From a virus, in the IMG/VR virus record IMGVR_UViG_3300011115_000650: a stretch of DNA of 64,000 nucleotides, one strand, 5' to 3'. Positions 1 through 9,350 of the stretch are shown here, piece by piece (position 1 is the stretch's first letter; every line of letters starts with the position of its first letter). The notes below the pieces were generated by a model, which searched no databases, was not told the DNA's origin, and saw nothing but the letters and a program-made list of their open reading frames with translations. Position numbers and translations under genes: made by a program.

Positions 1-393
1 ATGATGTGTCGATCCCCATAGGTTATACGGTTCTCTATAATAGTACTGCTTACTTGAAGCATCATCATTTAAGTTAGGCGATGGACCGGCGATTAATTCT
101 ACAATCTCTCCTTCTACAGGGTATTTTTTAATCGCCGTACTTATAGGGAGTGCTAGAGGTCGAATACTATCTAGAGTTTCTACTGAAAGATCTGTATAAA
201 GTATTGTATATAAGATACCTCCTACACTAGCCCATTCACCGTTATTTTTAAAATACGTATCTACATTACCTCTTGAATCCCTAGGACCTAGAATAATTCT
301 ATTGACCCTAGCTATGATGGTGCCCTGTCCTAGACCCTGTGTAGGATTTTGGTTATATAGGCTGTAATTTACTCCAAGTAGGTTAGATGCCAT
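1..393 (-). CDS. Partial (runs off window start) probable virion protein, possibly baseplate spike/gp5-like OB-fold N-terminus
   Basis: Hand translation from ATG at 393 is open to position 1 (MASNLLGVNY...KKYPVEGEIVELIAG...WGSTHH). PxxGExV resembles gp5/VgrG OB folds. Not in the ORF track. Confidence 0.4.
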   Translation of the reverse strand, partial: MASNLLGVNYSLYNQNPTQGLGQGTIIARVNRIILGPRDSRGNVDTYFKNNGEWASVGGILYTILYTDLSVETLDSIRPLALPISTAIKKYPVEGEIVELIAGPSPNLNDDASSKQYYYREPYNLWGSTHH

Positions 394-398
394 ATGTA

Positions 399-758
399 TT
401 AAGCAGTTAGTTTTTTAGTTACTTCAGGTATATCTATCTTTTTAATTTCAGCGAACAATAATTCCTTATCTTTTTCGGATAGTAATTCTGTATCGCCTTC
501 TGCTTTCGCTGCCACCGACATAGCCTTTTGAACTATGCCTGCCATCTTAATCAAAGCTTCATCATTCTTAACAGCTACCTCCATATACCCTTGTAATAAA
601 GGTACAATTAAAGTAGCATCTCCAGGTTCAGTGACCATGTCTTTTAACTGGCCGACTAGATCCTTGAGTTGCTTTTCTTTGCTTCTGCTATTATCGTAAA
701 TATCTTTGAGTAGAGATGAAAAACTCTTACCTTTAAATAACTCTTGTTCGAAATCCAT
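399..758 (-). CDS. Hypothetical helical phage protein
   Basis: 119-aa ORF preceded by a TATTTATTA late-type motif (~772-781). Confidence 0.6.
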   Translation of the reverse strand: MDFEQELFKGKSFSSLLKDIYDNSRSKEKQLKDLVGQLKDMVTEPGDATLIVPLLQGYMEVAVKNDEALIKMAGIVQKAMSVAAKAEGDTELLSEKDKELLFAEIKKIDIPEVTKKLTA

Positions 759-798
759 ACACTGTTCTTTACTAATAAATAGATCTTTTCTATAAAAA

Positions 799-1548
799 TT
801 ACGAAGGGTGTCCTTGTTCTAGATACTTGTTATGGAGTTTCTTGTAGAGTGTTTTAAGTTTTTTAATGACTTTCGTAATGGTTGGGGTACTAGTTTCTGT
901 AATTTCTCGGATATAAATGTATAAAGCTTTCTTGGATAAGATATCTAGATTCTCTCTCTTTTTAAATAATTCTAGTATAGCATCTGCTACTCTAGCCTCT
1001 TTTTCTTTAGGAAATAACGTAAATAATTTATCGTCAATGTAGTCTACATAAACATCTATGAAATTAACTCTACCTAATTCATAATCCACTTCATCTACCA
1101 ATCCTCCAACAATAGTCTGATCTGTATCTACTTCATCTAAGGTAGCTTTATTCTTGAGTTTCTTATAGTTATTGTTATTGTAAACAATTAAGTACCTCTT
1201 TACAATTGTACCAAAGTATGAGTAAGCTTTACCTTTTTCTTGTTTATATAACTTTAACTTCTCTAATAGTACGCATACCACTTCGTGCTTTAACTCCTCT
1301 ATCGTCTCCACCTCTGAATAATAAAATTTAAAGGTGTGTATGATATTCTCTGCTAATTTATGAAAGGCATAATTGATATGCGTATTAAAGATTTCATTCC
1401 TCTCTATATCATCTTCACTCGTAGTATATCTTACGATTGCATCTTCAGTCTCTTGGGTAAAATAGATATTAGCTTGTTTAGGCTTCCTCTTTCTAACCGT
1501 GCCTTGTTGTGTGAGTGTGATTTCGATCTCGGGTGTGAATATATCCAT
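799..1548 (-). CDS. Phage sigma factor, T4 gp55-like (late transcription)
   Basis: KLAENIIHTFKF...EELKHE...YKQEKGKAYSYFGTIVKRYL resembles sigma region 2 / gp55; C-terminal HTH-like segment. Confidence 0.65.
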   Translation of the reverse strand: MDIFTPEIEITLTQQGTVRKRKPKQANIYFTQETEDAIVRYTTSEDDIERNEIFNTHINYAFHKLAENIIHTFKFYYSEVETIEELKHEVVCVLLEKLKLYKQEKGKAYSYFGTIVKRYLIVYNNNNYKKLKNKATLDEVDTDQTIVGGLVDEVDYELGRVNFIDVYVDYIDDKLFTLFPKEKEARVADAILELFKKRENLDILSKKALYIYIREITETSTPTITKVIKKLKTLYKKLHNKYLEQGHPS

Positions 1549-1552
1549 TCGG

Positions 1553-1828
1553 TTAGTTTGTCTTATTGGTAGTGAATTGATTTAAGGCTGCTTGGATATC
1601 TTTAACGGTTGTGAAAAAGATTCCTATCTCATCATCACTCTTAAAAGCACCTAGTTTATCTATCTCTTTTAATACTCTATCTGATTCTGTGATAGTATTA
1701 GAAAGATCGGATAATATCTGATCCCTCTCAACCACCATTTTCTCTAACTTAGTATTCTTACTGTAAAGGTTATAGATTACATATCCTAAGATTGTAACGA
1801 TCCATAACATGACGCTTGCTATTATCAT
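1553..1828 (-). CDS. Membrane-anchored coiled-coil protein
   Basis: N-terminal hydrophobic helix followed by a heptad-rich segment. Confidence 0.55.
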   Translation of the reverse strand: MIIASVMLWIVTILGYVIYNLYSKNTKLEKMVVERDQILSDLSNTITESDRVLKEIDKLGAFKSDDEIGIFFTTVKDIQAALNQFTTNKTN

Positions 1829-1831
1829 ATA

Positions 1832-2599
1832 TTATAAGTTTTTTAGTATGTTAGCCAAACCTGGATTAGCTTTACCTATCTTCGATACTGCTTCTTTTCT
1901 AGCATCTACTGAGGTAAAACTTTTGGGTTTAGGTTTTGAAGGAGTAATACCGCTAGTTAATCTCTCCATCCACACCCTCTCCCATTCTACTCTAGCTGAT
2001 AATAAATCGGCTTGATGTAAAATTAAAGGTAAAGAGGTTCTTAATCTAGCTTCGTTCTGGTAAGACATTAAATAAGGTTTATTAGATTCATCATATAAAC
2101 CATCATGTAATTTAATACCCAGATATTCATTCTCAGTAACTGGTACACCTATACTCTGTAAGATGAATAAAGTACGATCTGGTACAGTAGAGAAAGTTAG
2201 AGCGGTATTAATTTTATACATGACTCCTTGATTCTTTACCTGCCAATCATTGTCATTAGGGAATACTCCAGACTTATCTCCAAGACCTAATTTACCTAGG
2301 TCATGATTGATAGCAGCGAAGATTAATTCCTCTTGCGTAAAGGTTAGCGGTGTGTGTTGACTCCAGAGTTCACTCAATTGCAAAGAAGCCTTAACTACTC
2401 TATTGATATGGTCTACATAGCCTCCAGGGAGACAGTTATGATAGGTCTCTCTAATAGAAGCAGGTGCTAGTACTAGATGATCTTCAATAGACTTATAATA
2501 GGTAAGTAAAGCTTCTTTACGCGGAGACTCAATATAGGTCTCGATGTTGGTCAAGAAGATTTGGTAATTTTCTTGAATCTGTTCAGCTGTTAATTGCAT
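1832..2599 (-). CDS. HD-domain phosphohydrolase (YhaM-like)
   Basis: APAS..YH..GGYVDH, NHDLGKLG, LHDG and LHQAD motifs. Confidence 0.8.
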   Translation of the reverse strand: MQLTAEQIQENYQIFLTNIETYIESPRKEALLTYYKSIEDHLVLAPASIRETYHNCLPGGYVDHINRVVKASLQLSELWSQHTPLTFTQEELIFAAINHDLGKLGLGDKSGVFPNDNDWQVKNQGVMYKINTALTFSTVPDRTLFILQSIGVPVTENEYLGIKLHDGLYDESNKPYLMSYQNEARLRTSLPLILHQADLLSARVEWERVWMERLTSGITPSKPKPKSFTSVDARKEAVSKIGKANPGLANILKNL

Positions 2600-2639
2600 A
2601 TTGTTATATATTTAATAACCAATATACGGACTTATTAGC

Positions 2640-2822
2640 TTAATTCCAACTATCGCTCTCATTATTTACTAAAGTTTGTATATCGGCTAACTTTTCTTTG
2701 ATATCCTCAATCTCTAACTTTAGGTCTCTAATCGGTTTACCGATCGACATACTAGAATCTAGACTAGTTAAACGATTTACTACGGTCTCTAGTTTACTAG
2801 TAACTACTTGTTTATTTCTCAT
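2640..2822 (-). CDS. Small coiled-coil hypothetical protein
   Basis: 60 aa, overlaps the stop of the glutaredoxin gene. Confidence 0.5.
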   Translation of the reverse strand: MRNKQVVTSKLETVVNRLTSLDSSMSIGKPIRDLKLEIEDIKEKLADIQTLVNNESDSWN

Positions 2823-3109
2823 AAGTTTTGTTTTATTAATATAACGGCGTGAGGTATTGAATCATAAGTCATAACAGTATCGCTAAAAGCAGTATGTTGA
2901 CAATCTTCACCTGTTAGGTAAATACTTTTAGTTAATTTTTTAATGTGTATGATAGGATATAGAGTAGTTGATAGTAATCTTTCTACCTTATCTGCTAATT
3001 CTGCATTAATATCGGCATCGATATTCTTATAACTAATACCTTGACCATTTAGTTCTTTTACTAGAGCATTACATCGACTACAACCTTCTAGCGTATATAT
3101 TTGTAACAT
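2819..3109 (-). CDS. Glutaredoxin/NrdH-like protein
   Basis: IYTLEGCSRC CxxC motif and a YP cis-Pro motif. Confidence 0.75.
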   Translation of the reverse strand: MLQIYTLEGCSRCNALVKELNGQGISYKNIDADINAELADKVERLLSTTLYPIIHIKKLTKSIYLTGEDCQHTAFSDTVMTYDSIPHAVILIKQNL

Positions 3110-3208
3110 TTTATTTCTATTTTTTTATTCTCTCTTTCTTACTATCTTGCTATTTTTTAATAGTTATTGATTTAGCAAAAAGCTAATGTTTTTTCTTCAT
3201 ATTTCCAA

Positions 3209-3544
3209 CTAGTTCACTAGCTTTTTTTCTAGCTGGTCTAGTATTAGTACAATCTCTATAGATTCTTCATAGTATTCATACTGGGTATACAGATTTAATA
3301 ATTTTTTGAAGTAGGTCTGCATGCTTGTAGCCTGTTTTGGATCTAACTTATTTAAAAACTCCTCAGGATCAGATTCCATAGCCTCCCACACTCCCATCAC
3401 AGCTATATCCAGGATTTCAAACACCGTATCTATCATCCCAGGATCAACTTGAGAAAGAAATTCAAAATCAGCATCATCGTAAGGAAGATATTCGGTAACC
3501 ATACTCTTATATATATCTATATAGTTATAAATAGTACTAGACAC
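3209..3544 (-). CDS. Acidic hypothetical protein
   Basis: ORF track; the true start may be the internal Met downstream of the TATTTATAA motif at ~3525-3533. Confidence 0.5.
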   Translation of the reverse strand: MSSTIYNYIDIYKSMVTEYLPYDDADFEFLSQVDPGMIDTVFEILDIAVMGVWEAMESDPEEFLNKLDPKQATSMQTYFKKLLNLYTQYEYYEESIEIVLILDQLEKKLVN

Positions 3545-3645
3545 AATAAAACCCTCCCTCTAGAAATAAATTAAAGAAGAAAGGTTATCTTGGATTCTAG
3601 CCCTTTTTTTAAAAGCCTTATACCTTTGTTATGATTTGAGATAGA

Positions 3646-4182
3646 CTAGGGAGATGAAGGGCTATCCATTGTCTGGCTATAGGTTTGATAGTCCTGTCCT
3701 AACACTTCAATGATATCAGCCGCGGACTTAGAATCGATATAAAATCCCTCTCTCCTTGTCGATACCCTATAACCTCTCTCCTGTAGATATTGATGAACGT
3801 CCTGTTCTAGGTAACGAGCATTGACGCATTTATATCTAAAGACTGGAAACCATGGAGAGATGACACCGGTTACGGAATTAATCTCGCGAGTCCGTTGCTC
3901 GACCGAGGTCGTGGTCATGCCAATTTTACATACACCTGGTATATCTTTATTGACTAGGATATAAACCCATTCTGGTTTACGGATACCACCTGATGGGTCA
4001 AAGATTGCGTCACCGTAGTAATTGACCTGCTCCCATCCATCACCTAGAGGAGTGAGAGTAAAACCAATCGCCCTCTGACATAACTGGTTTGAGGAGGGGG
4101 GTAGGTAGACATGATACTGTGCCTGTTCGGGGGTTAGTCTTTTCATTTGAATTAGGTTTTTTTTAATAGCATCGTAAAACAT
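3646..4182 (-). CDS. T5orf172/MUG113-type GIY-YIG domain protein
   Basis: WVYILVN...CKIGMTT..VEQR..EIN...LEQDVH...REGF. Confidence 0.75.
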   Translation of the reverse strand: MFYDAIKKNLIQMKRLTPEQAQYHVYLPPSSNQLCQRAIGFTLTPLGDGWEQVNYYGDAIFDPSGGIRKPEWVYILVNKDIPGVCKIGMTTTSVEQRTREINSVTGVISPWFPVFRYKCVNARYLEQDVHQYLQERGYRVSTRREGFYIDSKSAADIIEVLGQDYQTYSQTMDSPSSP

Positions 4183-4408
4183 TGCGAGGGGGTATCTGTA
4201 GTCCCTGTAACGTATCTTGGAGGGATTTTAGTTCCTGGGGAGTTAATCTGAAGGAGAACCTACCTCTAATCCTTGATGGAACTATTTTAAGGGGTGTGGG
4301 TATACAACCTTGTATTATATATCGAAATCTATCTAGACTAGATACGACTACTGTTTTACCTTGATAGGGATATATATTTTGCGTTGGGGATGAAATTTTT
4401 GTCGGCAT
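4163..4408 (-). CDS. Hypothetical protein
   Basis: ORF preceded by an A-rich leader, overlaps the next gene. Confidence 0.35.
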   Translation of the reverse strand: MPTKISSPTQNIYPYQGKTVVVSSLDRFRYIIQGCIPTPLKIVPSRIRGRFSFRLTPQELKSLQDTLQGLQIPPRNVLRCY

Positions 4409-4847
4409 TGAAACTTGGGTTTTATGTTTTTTAAATTTTTTTGTCTGTTTGGAAAAAGATATGAAGATATATTTTGTATGAGGTCGAGATTTGAACAGCT
4501 TGGCTAACTTCCATTAAGCCAACCTATCCTACCTAACACTGTATATGGGCTATAACCATGTTGGTGGAATAGTGGTGTCATACTGCCGGCAGTCGTGGTA
4601 GGACTTGGGTCACTTTTTCCCCCCGGTCGAGAAAAGAGTTCGTGAACTAGTCTCTGTATACCTCTCTCCATACGGCTAGATACCATAGTACGGCTATACC
4701 CCTCCACACCCAGTGCCACTCCAGAGGATTGAAGCTACCTCCTATTATACTCGATAGTAACCACATTACTAGAGTCATTACTAGTAGTCTTAGTATCTTT
4801 ATCATTTTTTATTAGTTTAGTTTACCCTGGATTGATTACTTGATTAG

Positions 4848-5174
4848 TTACTTCACCTCCTCTAGGATTATATAACCATCTATATCCTTATCATGGCGAG
4901 TTGTAACATAGGTTAAGGTAACAGTCTTGTATACACTACTGCCGTGTTCATTAGGCATATACCTCACTCTATTTGATACAGTAGTACCTGTACTATACTT
5001 TACTACCTTACGACTACCTTCTACACCATACCACTCTACTAACTGCTTAGCCCAATTCCATACCTCATCTCCTTTACGTACTGGCGTACCTTCATCACAA
5101 GCATCAGGATAGATACGCTTTGTATTCTTTTTAATTAGATTGATTGCATGTACTGCTTCTTTGTAAACTGACAT
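4848..5174 (-). CDS. Cassette hypothetical protein
   Basis: Has its own promoter repeat at ~5188-5232. Confidence 0.65.
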   Translation of the reverse strand: MSVYKEAVHAINLIKKNTKRIYPDACDEGTPVRKGDEVWNWAKQLVEWYGVEGSRKVVKYSTGTTVSNRVRYMPNEHGSSVYKTVTLTYVTTRHDKDIDGYIILEEVK

Positions 5175-5229
5175 AGTATTTGTTTTTGATTGTACCTAAA
5201 TATAGGATATTGGATTCATACTACCAACT

Positions 5230-5832
5230 TTATTTACCTCTCATCTTGGCTACTGCCTCTGCTAGTTCATCGAAGTCCTCAAAGGTAACCACTTGGTCAT
5301 TTATCTTGATACCCTTCTCAGTCACCTCTGCTATATAATCATCGGAGATATGTACGTGAATTGGTTTAGGTCCTTTATGTACTAGTCGTACTGATTGGAG
5401 TGGATAGTAATAGTCATTACCCTTTCCATCTAATTGAACACCAGCATTATCTGGTACTTCAGTAACAACACACTCCTCACCTATAGCATTATCCATATCC
5501 TTAGACCACCTATTATCCCAACCTAACTCATAACTAGGTACCTTATGAGTAACCTTTACTATGTCACCTACTTCCAGTGTACTTCTTTCTACTAAGATAG
5601 CATGGATACTCTTCTCCTTCTCCTTTACCTCTTCTACCTTGATTAAGTCTGATGCTTCATAGCTATTAGCACCTCCATTACTCCAATCAACATAGTAAGG
5701 TAAACTACCATCCTCTCCTTCAATACGAGCTATCACACCTTCAACATCTTTTGGATTATACTTACTAATACCATAGTACTCTGACGACACACTAATCATT
5801 ACTTTATCACCTACTTTTAATTTCTTATTCAT
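5230..5832 (-). CDS. Protein with two SH3/KOW-like beta-barrel modules
   Basis: LKVGDKVMI and LEVGDIVKV repeats. Confidence 0.5.
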   Translation of the reverse strand: MNKKLKVGDKVMISVSSEYYGISKYNPKDVEGVIARIEGEDGSLPYYVDWSNGGANSYEASDLIKVEEVKEKEKSIHAILVERSTLEVGDIVKVTHKVPSYELGWDNRWSKDMDNAIGEECVVTEVPDNAGVQLDGKGNDYYYPLQSVRLVHKGPKPIHVHISDDYIAEVTEKGIKINDQVVTFEDFDELAEAVAKMRGK

Positions 5833-5894
5833 AATGTTTATTTTTAATTGATTTATCTAAAGATAAGAAGAAGGCCCCTAAGGGCCAACTTTAA

Positions 5895-6233
5895 TTATTG
5901 GCCTCCTAGGTAATCTGTTATAGAATTTTCAATAGCATCTCTAACCTTATCACATATACCTCCTAAATCTAAATCTACACTATCTAATTCTAATTTGTTA
6001 TCGTAGCTAATCTCAAATTGAGCACTACTTAAATCAACCACATCATCTGTACTAGCATCCTCTATAACACTACTTACTCTATCACTCACTACCTTGATTA
6101 ATAAATCAACCTGATCTTTATCTAATCCTTTCTCTTCCTCCTGGATACCTTTAATGATACTGATTACTTGTTCTTGACTGTAGAAGCTCGGTAATTGGCT
6201 TTCTAATAACTCGATTGTTTGTTGTTTGTTCAT
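5895..6233 (-). CDS. Acidic cassette protein
   Basis: D/E-rich; own promoter. Confidence 0.65.
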   Translation of the reverse strand: MNKQQTIELLESQLPSFYSQEQVISIIKGIQEEEKGLDKDQVDLLIKVVSDRVSSVIEDASTDDVVDLSSAQFEISYDNKLELDSVDLDLGGICDKVRDAIENSITDYLGGQ

Positions 6234-6292
6234 AACGTTTTTTATTTTTTGATTATACCTAAATATAGTTACTTTGTTTCATACTACCAACT

Positions 6293-6580
6293 TTAAATTT
6301 TAAAAATCTGAATATAATCTTCACCATCTCCATTCATATCCATCGCCCATTTCAAGAAAGATTTTGTAGGATTTTTAGGCTCTTTTCCTGTTTCCTCTAC
6401 TTCTGTATCCATCCAACTTCTAAAATCGAAAGTATCTTCAATCTTTTTGATTACTTGCTTACCTGTTGCTTCAAATAAATCAGGACCCTCTCCTCCATAT
6501 CTTTCATATTCTTCTATACTAACTAAATAAGTTTCCTCTGGAATAATACTTGTGAATTTGATTGACTTTAATTGTTTCAT
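6293..6580 (-). CDS. Acidic cassette protein
   Basis: Own promoter; ends NGDGEDYIQIFKI. Confidence 0.65.
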   Translation of the reverse strand: MKQLKSIKFTSIIPEETYLVSIEEYERYGGEGPDLFEATGKQVIKKIEDTFDFRSWMDTEVEETGKEPKNPTKSFLKWAMDMNGDGEDYIQIFKI

Positions 6581-6655
6581 AATTTGTTATTTTTTGATTA
6601 TACCTAAATATAAGATATACTATCCAGACTAACAACTTTATTTGGTAACTTTTTT

Positions 6656-6775
6656 TTAATGCCTCAAGCAAGAATGTCCTGGAGGAAAGAAAGTATAAGC
6701 ACGAGTGCCTATTCTAGGAGAGCAGCTTGATAAAGCGATAACGATTAATACTGTAATGACTACTAATTGTTTCAT
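6656..6775 (-). CDS. 39-aa predicted lipoprotein (not in track)
   Basis: MKQLVVITVLIVIALSS-CSPRIGTRAYTFFPPGHSCLRH; signal peptide plus LSSC lipobox; own promoter at ~6803-6845. Confidence 0.7.
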   Translation of the reverse strand: MKQLVVITVLIVIALSSCSPRIGTRAYTFFPPGHSCLRH

Positions 6776-6833
6776 GATTTGTTATTTTTTGATTGTTTAT
6801 TAATATACCTAAATATAGTTACTTTGTTTCATA

Positions 6834-7061
6834 CTACCAACTTTTATTTAATAAAGTCTGGAAATTATTCCCTACTAATTCACGAGCCTTCTCTTCATCA
6901 AATCCTTCACCTGCAGGCTTAGTCTCATCATAGCAGTACTTATCTAATAGCTCTTCTGAATCAGTTCTAAACCTCTCTCCATTACATAATTCGATAATAA
7001 AAGTTCTACCTGTAGCTGGATTGAATGTAGAGGTAGGAGTAAGTTTTGTGATTGTAGACAT
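6834..7061 (-). CDS. Cassette hypothetical protein
   Basis: Own promoter. Confidence 0.6.
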   Translation of the reverse strand: MSTITKLTPTSTFNPATGRTFIIELCNGERFRTDSEELLDKYCYDETKPAGEGFDEEKARELVGNNFQTLLNKSW

Positions 7062-7118
7062 ATTTTTTATTTTTTGATTATACCTAAAGATAAGTTAAAT
7101 GATTTAAACTACCAACTT

Positions 7119-7184
7119 TTATTTAATATTATTTTTATTAATACTAACGATAAAGATGATGATTAAAATGATTACTACTGTCAT
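7119..7184 (-). CDS. 21-aa hydrophobic micro-peptide (not in track)
   Basis: MTVVIILIIIFIVSINKNNIK exactly fills the gap between two promoter repeats. Confidence 0.5.
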   Translation of the reverse strand: MTVVIILIIIFIVSINKNNIK

Positions 7185-7247
7185 ATTTTTTATTTTTTGA
7201 TTGTACCTAAAGATAAGTTAAATGATTGAGACGAGCAACTTTATTTA

Positions 7248-7406
7248 TTACACTAATTCATTTTCTATAATTGTGTAAGTTTTTCCTGAACAGTAAAGTC
7301 TAGCATAGTCAAGAGCTTTATCGTAGGTTGTAAAACTTTTAACATCGTCGCGAAAGATTTCAACATCGTCAGAAAAGAATGGAATAACAGTGTAAATTTT
7401 TTTCAT
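7248..7406 (-). CDS. 52-aa cassette protein (not in track)
   Basis: MKKIYTVIPFFSDDVEIFRDDVKSFTTYDKALDYA...; own promoter. Confidence 0.65.
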   Translation of the reverse strand: MKKIYTVIPFFSDDVEIFRDDVKSFTTYDKALDYARLYCSGKTYTIIENELV

Positions 7407-7469
7407 TTTTTTATTTTTTTTTAATTATAACTAAATATAGGGTAAATGATTGAGACGAGCAACTTTATT

Positions 7470-7661
7470 TTATTTATTTCTACGATACGCCTGATAGTCT
7501 AAGATACATTCTATAACCTCTTCTTCTTCTAATTCCTCACCTGGGTACTCTTCGAAATTATATATCAAAGATTCTACGTAGTCGAAATCATCAGCTTCAT
7601 CAAGAGATAATCCATGAGCATCTAGCCAATTGAAGACCTGTGTTTTTAAGCTTACTATCAT
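7470..7661 (-). CDS. Highly acidic cassette protein
   Basis: Likely start MIVSLK downstream of the promoter repeat (the track start reads through the promoter). Confidence 0.6.
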   Translation of the reverse strand: MIVSLKTQVFNWLDAHGLSLDEADDFDYVESLIYNFEEYPGEELEEEEVIECILDYQAYRRNK

Positions 7662-7750
7662 ATTTGTTATTTTTTGATTATACCTAAAGATAAGATATAC
7701 TATCCAGACTAACAACTTTATGTTAAATTATTTTAGACAAAGAAAGAGTA

Positions 7751-8245
7751 TTAAGCCTTCTTCCTCTTAGCGTCTCTTAATGCTTGCTTATGCGCTTCTG
7801 ATAACGGTTTACCTTTCTTAGATAGACTACATTTCTTTCTTATCTCTTCAGTCCTTTCGTAAGGCACCTTACCCTCCATCCACTTTTCAACAACCTCCCT
7901 AGGTATCTTTCTACCTGTCAAGGTCTTAGATATCTTAGCTTTAGTCTCTTCGCTTAACCTACCCGCCCTAAAATGCAAAGGAGTATACCTTAAATTCAAC
8001 CCCTCATCTAATACCTTAAAATGCTCCTGCCAAAACCTCTCCCTCTCATTAAGCTCTTCTAGAGAACATTCCTCTAAAACTTCGAACGTGTGACTATCTA
8101 CTGCGTACTTAAGAAAAGATGCATGTAACTTAGGCTGTCCCTTGCACCCACACTTTTTATAATGACGCCACCTTCCTTGTATATCTGTACTCTGACCGAT
8201 ATAGACCCTACCCTTAGGGTTCATAATTTTGTATATTCCTATCAT
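7751..8245 (-). CDS. GIY-YIG homing endonuclease with NUMOD3-like repeats
   Basis: IGIYKI...VYIGQS...RW..Y, LNERE, SEETKAKIS, SEAHKQ. Confidence 0.85.
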   Translation of the reverse strand: MIGIYKIMNPKGRVYIGQSTDIQGRWRHYKKCGCKGQPKLHASFLKYAVDSHTFEVLEECSLEELNERERFWQEHFKVLDEGLNLRYTPLHFRAGRLSEETKAKISKTLTGRKIPREVVEKWMEGKVPYERTEEIRKKCSLSKKGKPLSEAHKQALRDAKRKKA

Positions 8246-8372
8246 AAAAAAAGCCTCTGATTACTGTAAAGATCTGGTACATCTCTACAATGAAAAAGAG
8301 GCTAATAAGTTTTAGCATTCGAACAGGTACCAGCTATTCTATATAATATAAATAGCTATAAAGTACTACTTT

Positions 8373-9170
8373 CTAACAATATTCTTCAGCTAATTCAAAT
8401 AACTTTTCATTTAAAGCTACATCGGCTTGGATATTTACAATCTTTCGAACCCTCCTCTCCTTCTTGTCTGCTCCTATCATCGTAAATCCGCCTCTCACTA
8501 AACGCTCCTGTACACGATTTAAAGTAACCCAGATACTCGATCCATCATCCTCAGCTCTAGTAGAGGTTAAGACCTGATTGATTTCATAATCATCTACTAA
8601 TCTTTCTTCGCCAAATCTAGCTTGGATGGCTTTATAAGCGAATGATCTTTGCTCATCTGGTGTCATCATAGTCTGAGAGAATACATTAATCTTCTCTACC
8701 ATCTTAGGTAAGCTCTCTACAACACTCTGTACCAGCTTCTGAAGATCTTCGAAGGTATATCCAAAGTGACGTAAGCTGAATTCACCTAAGTCCTTACTCT
8801 TTACAATCAATCCATTTGAACAGATCATACGAAAGATACCAACAGAGAACTTTAACTTACCCCAACCTCTTGCATTGTTCTGAATCAAGATCTGAGGATA
8901 GGCCTCAATCTCACCTTGATCATCTTTGATAAAGATATCTGGATGATAGAATACTACCATATGTTTACCGAACTTCTTTTGAATCTGGTTCTTAGTCTTC
9001 ATCGTCTTAGCATCCGATACCTGCCATCCAAGCTTTGCCATATCATCTACGATTTGATGAGTGGGTAAGAAGACATACTTCTCTGATACCTGATCATAAG
9101 GCTTTGTGGTGTAGACCTGTGGTGCTCTTTCTTTGATTTGCTCTGGTGTTAATGTTACTAATTTTTGCAT
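8373..9170 (-). CDS. DUF932/DUF945 family protein
   Basis: SEKYVFLPT, KHMVVF, GIFRMICSNGL, R.EDD..SIW..LNRVQE.L..GG, LNEKLF. Confidence 0.8.
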   Translation of the reverse strand: MQKLVTLTPEQIKERAPQVYTTKPYDQVSEKYVFLPTHQIVDDMAKLGWQVSDAKTMKTKNQIQKKFGKHMVVFYHPDIFIKDDQGEIEAYPQILIQNNARGWGKLKFSVGIFRMICSNGLIVKSKDLGEFSLRHFGYTFEDLQKLVQSVVESLPKMVEKINVFSQTMMTPDEQRSFAYKAIQARFGEERLVDDYEINQVLTSTRAEDDGSSIWVTLNRVQERLVRGGFTMIGADKKERRVRKIVNIQADVALNEKLFELAEEYC

Positions 9171-9244
9171 AATGTCTGTATTGTTTTTATTATTTAACTA
9201 AAGATACGATAAAGTATTCATACGAGCAACTTTATTTTAATTTA

Positions 9245-9344
9245 GTCATACAGGGTATAGTCTAACCGCCTTAATTATTCCAGAGACTCACCTAGTTTTA
9301 TCGGCCGATTATTGACTAGGCTTAGGCTTTATACCCTGTATAAC
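9245..9344 (-). ncRNA. Candidate ~100-nt structured RNA
   Basis: 15-bp closing stem GTTATACAGGGTATA/TATACCCTGTATGAC with an inner CCTAGT/ACTAGG helix; no ORF. Confidence 0.45.
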
Positions 9345-9350
9345 GATATG

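Noticed and set aside
4504-4719. 71-aa minus-strand ORF
   Set aside because: No A-rich leader or promoter, atypical composition, and it lies in the boundary region
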